From Octopus vulgaris (Eukaryota): a DNA stretch of 64,000 nt. The position numbers and the translations under genes are program-made. Positions 13,844 to 27,996 of the stretch are shown in pieces (the stretch's first letter is position 1; every line of letters starts with the position of its first letter). The notes beneath the pieces were generated by a model. It was not told the origin of the DNA and did no database searches. It worked only from the letters and a program-made list of their open reading frames with translations. The stretch is from the NCBI GenBank assembly GCA_951406725.2, contig OX597814.1:106702001-106766000 (forward strand), written 5' to 3'.

Positions 13844-13967
13844 TAGTAGTCTCTAGAAAGAGGGACTGGTAAATAGATAGAGAGAGGGGGAGAGAAAGAA
13901 ATAGATAGATATTTAATTGGAATAAAGTTACAAAAATGACTCAAGAGACGAGAGTTTCGTGTATTAG

Positions 13968-14031
<64 letters not shown>

Positions 14032-14094
14032 TGCTTGTGCAAAACACATTATTTCATGCTGCTCCAGTTATAGATACATAACCCTGTGGTGACA

Positions 14095-14240
14095 GACTGG
14101 CGTTCCGCCCAGGGGTGATGTTGGGCTTACTCGTCGAGCAGCAGGGTGGCATCGTTGAAATGCTAAAGCAGTGCGATGAAGCGCAACGTGACCAGCGACG
14201 TAATAGCAACATCGGATAGTCTCGTCGATATAACGATACA
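14095..14240 (+). repeat. Diverged copy of a structured short interspersed repeat (see 34107-34228)
   Basis: Shares gggtggc..cgtt.gaa..gctaaa.ca.tgcg...gtgaccagcga.gt..tagcaacatc with 34107-34228. Confidence 0.6.
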
Positions 14241-14839
14241 GTGCTACAGTGTAAGATCGACAGCAAGGTTATTAAAACGTCGAACACATATACCTTCCGG
14301 ATCTTTACGTTCTGCGTTCAAATCCCGCCGAAGGTTTTGTTTAGTTTTTTTTTACTTCTTTTACGTGTGTAATGCTGTTTATTGTTCAATTTTTGGTTAA
14401 TAGTAGTTTTAGAAAACTGAACTCATATTATTTCCACCGGTAGAAATCTCCAGAAATAGTGCATTTATTTATTTTTCTGTCTATATATGTGGTTAGTTGT
14501 TTACTTGCCTCTTTATCGCTCTTTTCGTTTACGTATTTATTTATGGTGGCTGTTCGTATTTCTATATTCAATGTAAATAGCATCATAAAACCGTGCTGGT
14601 GGAGTAAATCAAATAAGAAAATATATCAAACAACGATGTTGCTATAGAATTCCTGATTTAAATAACAATAGCAATTCGTTGAGAACCATCCACAACAACG
14701 TGTTTACCGTCTTCTAAGTCACTGTCACTCATTCTTTGTGCCACGGTTATTGTGTTACCATTCTCCCTCGTTATTCTTTTACATTCTTATTGACATTCCT
14801 CTCATCAAATATAAACATTTTCATTATGACTAATATTAC

Positions 14840-14916
<77 letters not shown>

Positions 14917-15392
14917 CATCTGTTTTAATAATAGATGTAAAAGAAACGGTCCAATGAACGCAATAAAAGTGAAAAGCCAATAAGAAACTGATGGAAACCG
15001 TCAAGAATAGCGAAATCAGATTCCACAAAAACAACGAAAAAAACATCACCAATTTAATTCCTTTCATAGCGAAGACACATCTTTTTTTTCTTTTTTTTTT
15101 TTTCATATTTCTGAAAAATTTCTTTAAATCTCAAATATCTTACATTATGTTATACAGTGTAAACTTCTTTGATTCTTACTTTACTCAGTTCAAATACACG
15201 CCAAACTGATTAATTTTTATCAAAATACATTCGTCGCTTCCGTGTCTCTTCACGTCTGTCTCCATTCCCCCCCTCTCTCTCTTTCTCTTTCTCTCTCTCT
15301 CTCTCTCTTTATATATATATATATATATTTCTATCTCTCCCTCATTGTCGGTCTCTTTCTCCCTTATACGACTGTTCCCTTTTCACTGGTTT

Positions 15393-15468
<76 letters not shown>

Positions 15469-15653
15469 TAATATAGGCGTATAAAGGTTGTATGTGGGTT
15501 CGTCCTTTAATTGGAGGTTGCCAAAAGAGATGTCTAACGTTGATTCTTCATACTTTGCTGGGAGTTTCCAGGCGTAAATTTGCGAAGATATGAAAGTAGT
15601 ACTTGTATATAATGTAGGATGAATTTATGGAATGAAGGTCCATAAATTCCATC

Positions 15654-15704
<51 letters not shown>

Positions 15705-15789
15705 TATATGTATGAATGTGTGTGTGTGTATAATCATGTGTTTAAGCATATATATGCATGCATATACACACTCACAGATACATAGATAT

Positions 15790-15842
<53 letters not shown>

Positions 15843-16559
15843 AGTATACATACATATATACATATCCATAATCCTGTATGTTTACATGTGAGCATATATA
15901 TGCATACATATACACACACACACAGCTATATACATATGTATATATATGAAAGAAGAATAAATTACAGCCTTTAATCGAAGAATATGTACATATGCTGTTG
16001 TGTCTGGGGAGAGTCATTTCCTTTTTGTGCCTTATAATGTAACACATTCACCGGTAAAATTCCCACTTCTTTCTTATTTTTATCTTTCTAAAATTTTATT
16101 TGCGTCTTGCAACCTTTTCAATAGTCTTGACTCTGTCTGTTATTTACACTGCGTTCCCTTTCATCTGTTTGTGCGCATGTGTGTGGGTCAGTGTGCGTGT
16201 GTGTGCCTATGCATGCATGCTTGTACGTATGTATGTATGAGTGTATGTATGTATGCATATGTGTGTATGTATATATGTGTATGTATCCCTGTTTTGTATA
16301 CACAACTTAGTAAAATTGTCTTGTACTCTCTGCGACCAGCTACTAAAGCCATCGAGCATTCCCTTTCTCCCTCTCTTTCTCTCTCCCCTCTTTTTCCCTC
16401 TCTCTCTCTCCCCTCTTTTTCACTCTCTCACTCCACTGGACTCTTCTGTCTCCTAGTTGCCTGATTGTCATCGAGTTTCCTTCTCATTTATCATCCAATA
16501 AACAAAGTCAATTGTTCCTATATATAGTGAAACTTTCTGTCGATCTTTTCTCTTCTAAA

Positions 16560-17095
16560 GACCTCTGTGTCTTTCACTCTGTCTCTATAAGACACGTTCA
16601 GTCTCCATCTAATGAATTCCATCTCTGTAAAATTGATAAGCTTTCACACTTGTCTCTTGATGTTCCAAGCCGCACAACCATATATAAAGATCAGTTCTTC
16701 ATTTACACCTATGTCGATCTCCTTCACTCCCGTTGGCACCCATTTAATTGACAATTTATGTTTGGATCTCACCAAAGTCCACTTCACCTCTCTTGTTTTC
16801 TATGTCGTCGATGTTTTCACCATCTCTTGTAATGATGGTTCCCAAATATTGAAACTTATTAAGTTCGTTCAAGTTTGTTCATTCATTCCTAGCTTCCAAA
16901 TTGGCAATATTTTCATTGAAACTGTTATTATTTCAAGGGACGAGGGTATTGGGGAAGAGAAGATTTGCAGTTCAGACCAAGTCACATCTCTCGTCATTAA
17001 CAATACTAACAACTGTTTCTGAATCTTTCTGAAGATTGCTTAAGAACTGTCGTCAGGCCAACGAACATTGTTGATCGTTTTCCCTCCATTTGAAT
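16560..17095 (-). pseudogene. Degraded RTE-clade LINE reverse transcriptase fragment
   Basis: Pieces GGKTINNVRWPDD (cf. NNLRYADD), NKFQYLGTIITRDG and YGCAAWNI. Confidence 0.65.
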
Positions 17096-17293
17096 ATTTT
17101 GTAGATGTTTGAATACATAATACAAATATTTCCCTTAAAATGAAAACAGGTCCGATGATAGCACACACTCTTGACGCACTCCTCTCTTTATCTTCTCATT
17201 CTGATTTCATTGTCCTTTTCTGTTACAATTGCTGCTACCTATTGCCAGATTTTTTTTCTGATCATTCCTATGTCTTTCCTCTAGATTTATATC

Positions 17294-17524
17294 TATTTCT
17301 TTATACCCACAAGGGGCTAAACACAGAGAGGAGAGACAAGGACAGACAAAGGGTTTAAGTCGATTCCATCGATCCCAGTGCGTAATTGGTACTTATTTAA
17401 TCGACCCCGAAAGGATGAAAGGCAAAGTCGACCTCGGCGGATTTGAACTCAGAACGTAACGGCAGACGAAATACCGCTAAGCATTTCGCCCGGCGTGCTG
17501 ACGTTTCTGCCAGCTCGCCGCCTT
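17294..17524 (-). mobile_element. SINE family B, full length
   Basis: Near-identical to 2626-2857 and 63492-63724. Confidence 0.9.
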
Positions 17525-18161
17525 ACCTATCCTCGAGATTTATATCATCTAACATTCTAAGGAATTCTTCATGACTTAGTGTAACAATTATTTTTGTGAG
17601 TAACCAAGGAAGCAAAATTACAGGACTTGCAGCTCTTTTAATGTCCTCTTTTAATGATCTTTCTGAGAATCCACACAGCCTTCGTTATTCTCTTTCCCGT
17701 TCTGCTTCTGATATTCCAGGTTTGATTCAACTTCTGGATCTGAAAATCAAACTTAGAAATCGCAAACAAATTCTTAAAATTCTTCAACTGACATCCGAAG
17801 AGTTCATAATCATTCACCCGTGAAACCAAAACAAAGTTGTGGAGAAACTAAAGATAATTAAAAGACTAGATTGATCAACAAACCTACGTATAACCAGTGC
17901 GGTAGGGTACACAGAGACATATGTATATAAGTGTAAAAAAATGAAATTTTCTAAGTCAATTCTTCGCTGTTGTTTTATGTTTCATAAATAAATATAGATA
18001 GACAGATATATGTATATATCGTTTTTGTATTTGCTTTGCAAGATTCTTTATGCCCTAGGTGTCACGCAGTGGGACTGAACCCCGAACTATGTGGCTGGTA
18101 AGGAAGCTACTTACCATACAGCCACTACTAAGCCTATATATATATATATACATGCATATGC

Positions 18162-18259
<98 letters not shown>

Positions 18260-20174
18260 GTATATATATATATTCAATTCAAATAAACAATAAATATGTA
18301 TATATAGTTTGTAGTAATCAAGTCAAACATAGTAATATTTTGAAAGCATTTAATACGTATTTGTGTATGTATATATATATATACACACACACACTTGTGT
18401 GTGTACATGTGTGTGTACGAGTGTGTGTACGTGTGTGTGTACGTGTGTGTGTGTGTGTGTGTGTGTGTGAGTGAGTGTGTGTGTACGTGTTTGTGTGTGT
18501 GTCACTTGGTATGTGTACGGCAGCCTGTCTATTGACCAATTCTAGCCGATCCTATGTGCTAGATCACCTGAAAATAATTTTTCCTAATCTTTTAATTACC
18601 TTTAATCTCTTCCCAAGCGATTGTGGACATGGCTTATGTTTGTTTATGACTTCTAACGATTTCTTCGCCAACAAACATTGCTTAAACTGGAAGAATATTG
18701 TATTACCCATCCTTCATATATTTCCATCTGGTTCTGTCTCATCTCTTCTTCGTCCTTTTTTTCGTGCCATTTTCATTCACCTTCTTTCTCATTTTCTTCT
18801 TCCTAAATTTACCATTTTACTCTCCTCTATACTCTTCGCGTTCCATCTTCACCACTTCTTCAAATTCTACGTTTTATGACAATGTTTCCTTGCCTGCTCC
18901 ATCTCTTCATCTCCGGAGGCCAGCGGCCAGCGAGAATGCCAGAAGCTTTAGTAGAATATATAGGCAACTGTTTTAATTCACTACTACGTCAATTGCGAAT
19001 ACCGGAATTTTATTCAGCCAGGCGGCTATCCGCAACATCAGTGATGGTTAAATTTTTGTACGAGCACGATGCTGGCCGAGAGTGTACACCATTGAAAGAG
19101 CTTAAGGAGGCAGAACGCATCTAACGCTTTCACTGGCCGCCGCTGAGACGAATAATCGTCTCTGATGATTATTGTGTTTTTAATCCAGAATGGTTCATAG
19201 GAAATGTTATCTCAAGACAAATAACGCAATAACTGGCCTGTCTAGTGCGTGTATACATTAGATATGATGCATAGATGGGTATTTTATATCTTTATGGAGA
19301 GGTGTGTGTATATGTTCACGTGTGTGTGTGTGTCACTAGGTGTGTCCTGGACAACCTATACGGTAATGCAAAATGTAATTCGAAGCTGTTCAGTGTAAAG
19401 TGTTGGAAAAGTTCATAAATGTATTTGGTCAATTCGGCTGTGTCAACTACACACACACACACAAACACACACACATACACAGGGGCACGCACGCACATGC
19501 ACACACACACACACACACACATACATAGACATATAATGTGTAAACCACAGTGTGATGTTAAAATTTGAGCGCCAGAGTGCGTGACAGAAGTTGGACATGA
19601 GCGCATGTCTTTGTGTATATGTTTGCGAGTTGATATTTGTGAGCTTGTGCGTGTGTGTATATGTCTGTATGTGTATGTGTCTGTGTGTATGTGTGCGTGA
19701 ATGTGTGTGTGTGTGCGTGTTTGTAAACTTATGCATGTGGATAAGCGTATTGTTTTAGGAATCAGAAGAAACGAAAGAAAGTTTGGGTAAAAGCAGATTA
19801 CAAATTTGTAGACGGCCTGTGGTGGAGAACCCAGCTGGAGCATGCGTCCATGTCCTGCGAAGGATCTCGTTGTAATCTTCTAATCCATTTTAATTCAGTT
19901 TTGGTCTGGAAATAAAGAGCAAGACATCATCAGAGATACTAAAGAGCGCAATACGGATTATATCTTCCTATATGCATATGTGTGTGTGTGTTTGGGTTTG
20001 TGTGTGTTTGTGCGTGTGTTTGTGTGCGTGCGTTTGTGTGTGTGTTTGTGTGTGTGTATTTGTGTGTGTGTGTTTGTGTGTACATGTGTAACTGTATGTG
20101 TGTATACATGTGTATATGTATATATATATATTATGTATGCATATATGCGCATGTATATATACACATGTATTTAC

Positions 20175-20241
<67 letters not shown>

Positions 20242-20375
20242 GAGGGCATTATACATACATGCCAGAGGGCATTATACATACATGCCACACGCTAAGAGGG
20301 ACAATTAGTCATTTCTACCAAAAATTTTACTAATCCCACCGAATGCAATTTTCAAAGTAAGACATTTAAAAATAT

Positions 20376-20423
20376 AGACTTGTATCACTGTGATTTCATA
20401 CCTCTGTATTCATCAGCAAGCCT
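20376..20423 (-). ncRNA. Type I hammerhead ribozyme (inverted copy)
   Basis: Reverse complement of 20712-20759. Confidence 0.85.
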
Positions 20424-20711
20424 GGACGTATCATAAATAAACGACCCTGCCTCGCTTAAGCCGAGCAGCTAACTGGTCAATTTAGCAATTAAGGACAACT
20501 ACTTAATAAGGAAAACTTAAGCCGAGCAGCTAACTGGTCAATTTAGCAATTAAGGACAACTACTTAATAAGGAAAACTTAACAAGAAATTGTCGTAAAAG
20601 TCTGCCATTTACCGGATGTAATATATGTAAACTCACCCATGTGCTTCGTTGATGTTGACCAGTTAGCTGCTCGGCTTAAGCGAGGCAGGGTCGTTTATTT
20701 ATGATACGTCC

Positions 20712-20759
20712 AGGCTTGCTGATGAATACAGAGGTATGAAATCACAGTGATACAAGTCT
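20712..20759 (+). ncRNA. Type I hammerhead ribozyme
   Basis: Stem I aggcttg/caagtct; CTGATGA; stem II ATAC-agag-GTAT; GAAA; stem III ATCAC-a-GTGAT; AUA triplet, predicted cut after 20752. Confidence 0.88.
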
Positions 20760-21187
20760 ATATTTTTAAATGTCTTACTTTTAAAAATTGCATTCGGTGG
20801 GATTAGTAAAATTTTTGGTAGAAATGACTAATTGTCCCTCTTAGCGTGTGACATGTATGTATAATGCCCTCTGGCATGTATGTATAATGCCCTCTATATA
20901 TAAATTAATATGTTCAATAAGAAATAATTATTTTCGAAATTTTTTCTCTTATGAGGTCTTTCACGCTATCTACCTGACAATTTCTTGTTAAGTTTTCCTT
21001 ATTAAGTAGTTGTCCTTAATTGCTAAATTTTTATTCCGAAAAAACTTTTCCTTTCCCGAAATGCAATTCGTAAAAGTCTGCCATTTACCGGATGTAATAT
21101 ATGTAAACTCACCCATGTGCTTCGTTGATGTTGACCAGTTAGCTGCTCGGCTTAAGCGAGGCAGGGTCGTTTATTTATGATACGTCC

Positions 21188-21235
21188 AGGCTTGCTGATG
21201 AATACAGAGGTATGAAATCACAGTGATACAAGTCT
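21188..21235 (+). ncRNA. Type I hammerhead ribozyme (tandem copy)
   Basis: Identical to 20712-20759, 476 bp downstream. Confidence 0.88.
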
Positions 21236-21498
21236 ATATTTTTAAATGTCTTACTTTTAAAAATTGCATTCGGTGGGATTAGTAAAATTTTTGGTAGAAA
21301 TGACTAATTGTCCCTCTTAGCGTGTGGCATGTATGTATAATGCCCTCTGGCATGTATGTATAATGCCCTCTATATATAAATTAATATGTTCAATAAGAAA
21401 TAATTATTTTCGAAATTTTTTCTCTTATGAGGTCTTTCACGCTATCTACCTGACAATTTCTTGTTAAGTTTTCCTTATTAAGTAGTTGTCCTTAATTG

Positions 21499-21577
<79 letters not shown>

Positions 21578-22172
21578 AAATACATATATGTATACATGCA
21601 CATTTATATATGTCATATATTTGTGTTTGCGTGCGTATGTGTATGTATGTTTGTCTGTGTGTGTTTGTGTATCCATGTGTATATATATATGTATATATTT
21701 TATACACATGTATATATATATATATATATGTGTGTGTGTGACTATATATATGTGTGTGTGTGTGCGTGTATGTATGTGTGTGTGTCTGTGTCTGTGTGTC
21801 TGTGTGTGTGTCTGTGTGTGTATGTGTGTGTATGTTTTTGTTTGTGTGTTTGGGTTTGGGTTTGTGTGTATGTGTGTATGTGTGTGTGCGTGTGTGTGTG
21901 TCTGTTTGTGTGCGTGTGTGTGTGTGCGTGTGTGTATGACGCAAGTGTTGGTTCACTAGACGGTTTGGCAATTTGAGTCTGGCTAAAGAGAATGTGTCAT
22001 GCGATGAGCTTTCAAAGCAGATCAAATATGGCGAATGCTAATTGGAAGTTGGCAGCGGCAGACTCGGATTCCTGTTGTTCAATGCTTTATCCTAGCAGGG
22101 AAGTTGCACAGTAACAAAAGAAGTGGATTAAATGGAAACAGGCGAGAAGAGTGGAAGAAATTGGAAAAGCAA

Positions 22173-22712
22173 ACAATTTAAATATATTGTTTTCTTTTCT
22201 AGGCACATGACCCGAAATTTTGGGGGAGAGGGCCCATCGATTAAATCGACCCCAGTACGCAACTGGTACTTAATTTATCGACCCTGAAAGGATGAAAGGC
22301 AAAGTCGACCTCGGCGGACAGTTTAAATATATTCTTTTCTTTTCTAGGTACTTGGCCCGAAATTTTGGGGGAGTGGAACCAGTTGATTAAATTGAACCCA
22401 GTACACAACTGGTACTTAATTTATCGACCCCGAAAGGATGAAAGGCAAAGTCGACCTCGGCGAACAATTTAAATATATTCTTTTCTTTTCTAGGCACATG
22501 GTCCGAAATTTTGGGGGAGTGGAGCCAGTTGATTAAATTGAACCCAGTACACAACTGGTACTTAATTTATCGACCCCGAAAGGATGAAAGGCAAAGTCGA
22601 CCTCGGTGGACAATTTAAATATATTCTTTTCTTTTCTAGGCACATGGCCCGAAATTTGGAGGTAAGAGACCAGTCGATTAGATCGAACCCAGTACGCAAC
22701 TGCTACTTAATT
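22173..22712 (-). repeat. Tandem array (about 3.7 x 145-146 bp) of a 5'-truncated SINE B plus flank
   Basis: Units begin aca(a/g)tttaaatatatt at 22173, 22318, 22464 and 22610. Confidence 0.9.
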
Positions 22713-22769
22713 AATTACTGGAGAAACGAAAAAGGTAGAGGAATTTGTTTTATAATATTAAATCTACTT

Positions 22770-23190
22770 TATTTTTGAGTTGTTTCATACATCAAACTGC
22801 GGCCAGGCTGGGGCACCGCCTTGAAGAATTTGTGCCGAATGATTTCTACCCCAGTGCTCTTTTTAAGCCTGTTATTTATTCTATCGGTCTCTTTTGCTGA
22901 ACTGCTAAGTTACGGGAACGTAAGCACACCAACATCGGTTGTCAAGCGGTGATGGAAGGCAAACAGAGACATTTTCGGTACACACACACGCACGCTCTTA
23001 CATACATACATATGTGCATGAGTATGTGTATACGAAAAGCTTCTTTTAGTTTCCATATCCCAAATCCATTCACAAAGATTTGGTTGACCCGAAGCTATAG
23101 CAATAGATACTTGTCCGAAGTATCCCGCAGTGGGACTGAACCTGGAAACACGTAGTTTGTAAGCAAGCGTCTTACCACACTGCCACAGCT
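22770..23190 (-). mobile_element. SINE family A, diverged full length
   Basis: Colinear with 11075-11471. Confidence 0.8.
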
Positions 23191-23524
23191 TTCTTTTTAA
23201 ATTTCTAAACTACAAAATCGTTGATTTCTAAAATCCTTTGTTTTCACAAAGTTTCAAAATCATAGCAATGATTCAGTGCTGCTCACAGTTCGTTCATGAC
23301 TGCAAAGCGGTGCAGGCCATAAGGTTTTACACTTGGCCCTATGTCTCAAAATCTACATTCGGGGTTAGCTGAGCAAAGTGTCCGTGGAGATGAAAATCCT
23401 AGAGAAGCTGATAACGTCGCTATTTAGCCTTACTTGATAAGACACGCAAACATGCAGAAACAGTTATTTTTATTTATGTGTGTGTGTGTGTTTATGTGTT
23501 TGTGTGTGTGTTTATTTTTTTTTA

Positions 23525-23750
23525 TTCTTTTACGTGTTTTAGCCATTTGACTGCGGCCATGCTGGAGCACCGCTTTTAGTCGAGCAAATCGACCCCAGGC
23601 CTTATTCTTTATAAGCCTAGTACTTATTCTATCGGTATCTTTTGTCGAGCCGCTAGCTTACGGGGACGTAAACACACCAGCATCGGATGTCAAGCGATGC
23701 TAGGGAGACAAACACAGACACACAAACATATACACACACAGACATACATA
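23525..23750 (-). mobile_element. SINE family A, 3' half
   Basis: catttgactgcggccatgctggagcaccgc...gggagacaaacacagacac. Confidence 0.85.
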
Positions 23751-23874
23751 CATACAATAATTACAGGTGTAAACCTGAACTTGTAATCTGGATAGAGTAA
23801 CTGCATGTATATATGTATGTATTTATGTACGTACGAACGTATGTATGTATATATGAATGTATGTGTGTGTCATT

Positions 23875-23972
23875 TTTTTTCAAGATTTCTTGCCAATAGA
23901 GAAAGAACCGGTTTCTAACCTAGATCCAAAGCTCCTTCATTGGAATTTCGACATCAACAACAGGGTAGTTTT
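23875..23972 (-). mobile_element. 3' UTR remnant of the (TACA)n-associated R4/Dong-like LINE
   Basis: Reverse complement resembles 34320-34420. It is embedded in (TGTA)n. Confidence 0.65.
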
Positions 23973-24215
23973 GTATGTATGTATGTATGTATGTATGTAT
24001 GTATGTATGTATGTATGTATGTATGTATGTATGCCTGTATGTATGTATGTATGTATGTATGTATGTATGTATGTATGTATGTATGCATGTATGTATGTAC
24101 GTACGTATGTATGTATGTATGTACGTACGTACGTACGTATGTATGTATGTATGTACCTATGTATGTATGTATATATGCAAGTATGTATGTATGTATGTAT
24201 GTATGTATGTATGTA

Positions 24216-24272
<57 letters not shown>

Positions 24273-24814
24273 CAGCCCAATATGATTAATTTAATAGAAT
24301 TGTGTCTCTGAAGTTTCATACGTTTAAGATCTTGGACTTAAATACACAAACAATGTTTAACACTCTTACCTCTTGAAATAACATTAACTTGTACGGTATT
24401 ACACATGTCTTATGTGTGTGTATGAGTGCATGAGAGAGAATGAGAGAGAGCGAGAGAGCATGAGAGAGAATGAGAGAGAGTGAGAGAGCATGAGAGAGAG
24501 CGTGTGTGAAAGGGATGATGTTACGCGGTGAACAATGTAATACGTGGTGAGGCAGGCAATGCTATTGTCGAAGCAAATAGATGTTACAGAGAACGTGCGA
24601 GAGAAAATTGATATAAACGTCAGGAAAGGGATTTACATTAGAATATAAATTATTAAAACATAAAGCAAAATGAAAACCAAGTTTGTTTAGCGAGAAAAAG
24701 TCGTTGGAGGTGCGAAGTTGTAATGCTTGACATGTGTTGGTCTCAGCAGAAACATAATACGAGTTTAGAGATTGTTAAAGGAAATTCCTTAACCGTGAGT
24801 TATACAATTAAATA

Positions 24815-25453
24815 TGTTGGGTTCAAATTTTGGCACAGGGCTAGCAATTTCGAGAAAGGAGGTAAGTCGATAAGATCGACCCCTGTACGAAACTGGTACT
24901 TATTTTATCGAGTCCGAAAGGATGAAAGGCAAAGTCGGTCACAGCAGAATTTGAACTCACAATGTAAAGCCGGACGAGATACCGCTATGCATTTTAGCCG
25001 GCATGCTAACGGTTCTGCCTGCTCACCGCCTTGAAACAGTTAAATATATTCTTTTCTACTTTTTGGGGGAAGTGTCCAGTCGATTAGATCGACCCCAGTA
25101 TGCAACTGGTACTTAATTTATCGGCCCAGAAAAGATGAAAGGCAATGTCGACCTCGGCCGAATTTGAACTCAGAACATGAAGACAGACGAAATATTGCTA
25201 AGCCTTTCGCTCGGCGTCCTAACGTTTCTTATGTCTTTATTGCCTACAAGGGGCTAAACATAGAGCGGACAGACAAAGGGATTAAGTCGATTATATCGGC
25301 CCCAGTGCGTAACTGGTACTTATTCAATCAACCCCGAAAGGATGAAAGGCAAAGTCGACCTCGGCGGAATTTGAACTCAAAACGTAACGGCAGACGAAAT
25401 ACGGCAACGCATTTCGCCCGGCGTGCTAACGTTTCTGCCAGCTCGCCGCCTTA
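24815..25453 (-). mobile_element. Cluster of three SINE family B copies
   Basis: Three iterations of gatgaaaggcaa(a/t)gtcg...gaatttgaactca. Confidence 0.85.
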
Positions 25454-26359
25454 AAAATTAAATATATTGAAAGATGTAACATTGGACCAGGATTAAAGAA
25501 GCAAATATATCGATAAATATATGATAAATAAATCTATCAATAAATGTATTCCTGAACACTGTCTAGACTTTACGATCTGAATTGATCAGATGTTATTGTG
25601 AATTTTCTGCAATAAATTATTTCTAAAATACAAATCCATAATTTTTTTTAAGATCCGCTGCTGTTGGTGAAAATGAACTTTTGTGATAAATATATGATCC
25701 GTGTGAGCAAAGATGGAATTAAAAAATGAAGATGTGTTAATTTACCGATTCACTAGACGTGAAAGTGTGTGTATGAGGTCGACACACTTTAGCTGAGTGG
25801 GTGTTTATTATTTTCTACTATAGGCACAAGGTCTGAAATGTTGGGGTAGGGGGCCAGTCGATTAGATCGACCCCAGTATGCAACTGGTACTTAATTTGAG
25901 AACCCCAAAAGAATGAAAGGCAAAGACGACCTCGGGACTCTTTCTTTGTAAGCCTAGTACCTAATCTATCGCTTCTTTTTGCCAAACCGCTAAGTTACGG
26001 GGATGTAAACACACCAACATCGATTGTCAAGCGATGGTGAGGGGGGACAAACATAGACACACACATATGTTTACAGCCGTTTCGTAACCTTCTTGTACTA
26101 TTAGCAATTTCAGTCTGCAAAAGTTATGTGTACATGTTTGCATTAAAACGCATGCTCAGCATTACACAATACAACTTCGTTTAGGGGGTGGATTTTACTA
26201 TATACATATATATATACACGTACACACACACACATATATACATATGCGTATCTATACCCATATATACAAGGGGTGAGAAAGGAGGTAGCGTGAATCGTTC
26301 TGGGATTAGTCTGGCCGCTCCTTTATCAACACCTTGTATATAGGGGTGTATATTCACAT

Positions 26360-26880
26360 TCTTTTATGCTTTTATTTGTTTCCGTCATTTGACTGTGGCC
26401 ATGCTGGAGCACCGCCTTTATTCGAACAAATCGACCCGAGAACTTATTCTTTGTAACCCTAGTAATTATTCTACCGGGCTCATATGCCGAACCGCTAAGT
26501 TACGGGGACGTAAACACACCAACATCGGTCGTCAAGCGATGGTGAAGGGGGACAAACACAGACACACACATATGTTTAAGCCGTTTCGTAACCTTCTTGT
26601 CAAGGGATGGTGAAGGACAAACACAGACGTACAAACATACACACACACAGACAAGCACACACACACAGACACACACACACATATATATATATATATGTAT
26701 ATATACACACACATACAACGGGCTTCTTTCAGTTTCCCTCTACCAAATCTACACAAAAGGCTTTCGTCGGCCCAAGGCTATAGCAGAAGACACCTGCCCC
26801 AAAGTGCCACGCAGTGGGACTGAACCCAGAGCCGTGTAGTTGGGAAGGAAGCTTTCTACCACACAACCACTCCTGCGCAT
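26360..26880 (-). mobile_element. SINE family A with internal duplication
   Basis: Head and tail present; the tgtcaag..atggtgaag..gacaaacacagac segment is repeated. Confidence 0.8.
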
Positions 26881-26890
26881 ATATGTAGGC

Positions 26891-26963
<73 letters not shown>

Positions 26964-27422
26964 AACACACACACATACGAAATAAGATAAAAGAAAATGG
27001 AGATTTACGATTGACATATTTCAAATGTAATTTATTATATTAAAATAAATGTAATATGATAATATTATGAATAGAAATACAAATATTGATCCTACAAATT
27101 GTTTTGATTCATTCCCAATAATGAATTTATAAAAAAAAATCATACATAATTTTTGTATATTGAGGTTGTGAAAAGTTTTTCTTTACCATATTGGATATTT
27201 ACTGAAAAGTCATTGAAAACTGGATGTTTTTCCATCCCTATAAAAGAAACTGATTTTCCTTGAATTGAATTTATATATTTATTTATATAAATTTATATGC
27301 ATGTTTTAAATGCGCGCTAATGTTGATATGATGCCTTGTAATCATATAACAAGTTATGAAACAACTGTAAACGAATAGAATAAATATCTACTCGTTTACT
27401 TCACTTCTCTTATATGCTGTAC

Positions 27423-27489
<67 letters not shown>

Positions 27490-27696
27490 GTTGGACCTTA
27501 CAAGAGAAACAAAACAAAAGACGAAGACGGGTGTGTAAACAAAGAGATGTATTAGTATAACGCTCGGGAAGTGAGAATGTCTTTTATATTTCAAGCCTAC
27601 ACTCTTCTACAGAAAGGAACAAAGAAATAAGCAGATAGAGAAAATAAAAAAGGGTTTACTGGCTGGCGATCACTCACGTATATATATATATATATA

Positions 27697-27777
<81 letters not shown>

Positions 27778-27922
27778 CTTTTACTTGTTGCAGTCATGCT
27801 GGAGCACCACCTTTAGTCTAACAAATCGACTCCAGGAATTTGTAATTGTAGTATTTATTCTATTGGTCCCGTTTGCCGAACCGCTAGATTATATATTATA
27901 TGTATGTATGTATGCATACATT

Positions 27923-27996
<74 letters not shown>

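Larger units (their letters stand above)
20231..21500 (+). mobile_element. Non-coding hammerhead-containing element: inverted partial copy plus about 1.9 tandem 476-bp units, in (TA)n (retrozyme/PLE-pLTR-like)
   Basis: About 20231-20480 is the reverse complement of about 20655-20902. 20593 onward repeats at 21069 (period 476). TA tracts lie at both ends. Confidence 0.85.

Noticed and set aside
18915-19150. Possible MITE with gcggccag termini
   Set aside because: The inverted match is short and imperfect, with no TSD and no second copy in the window.
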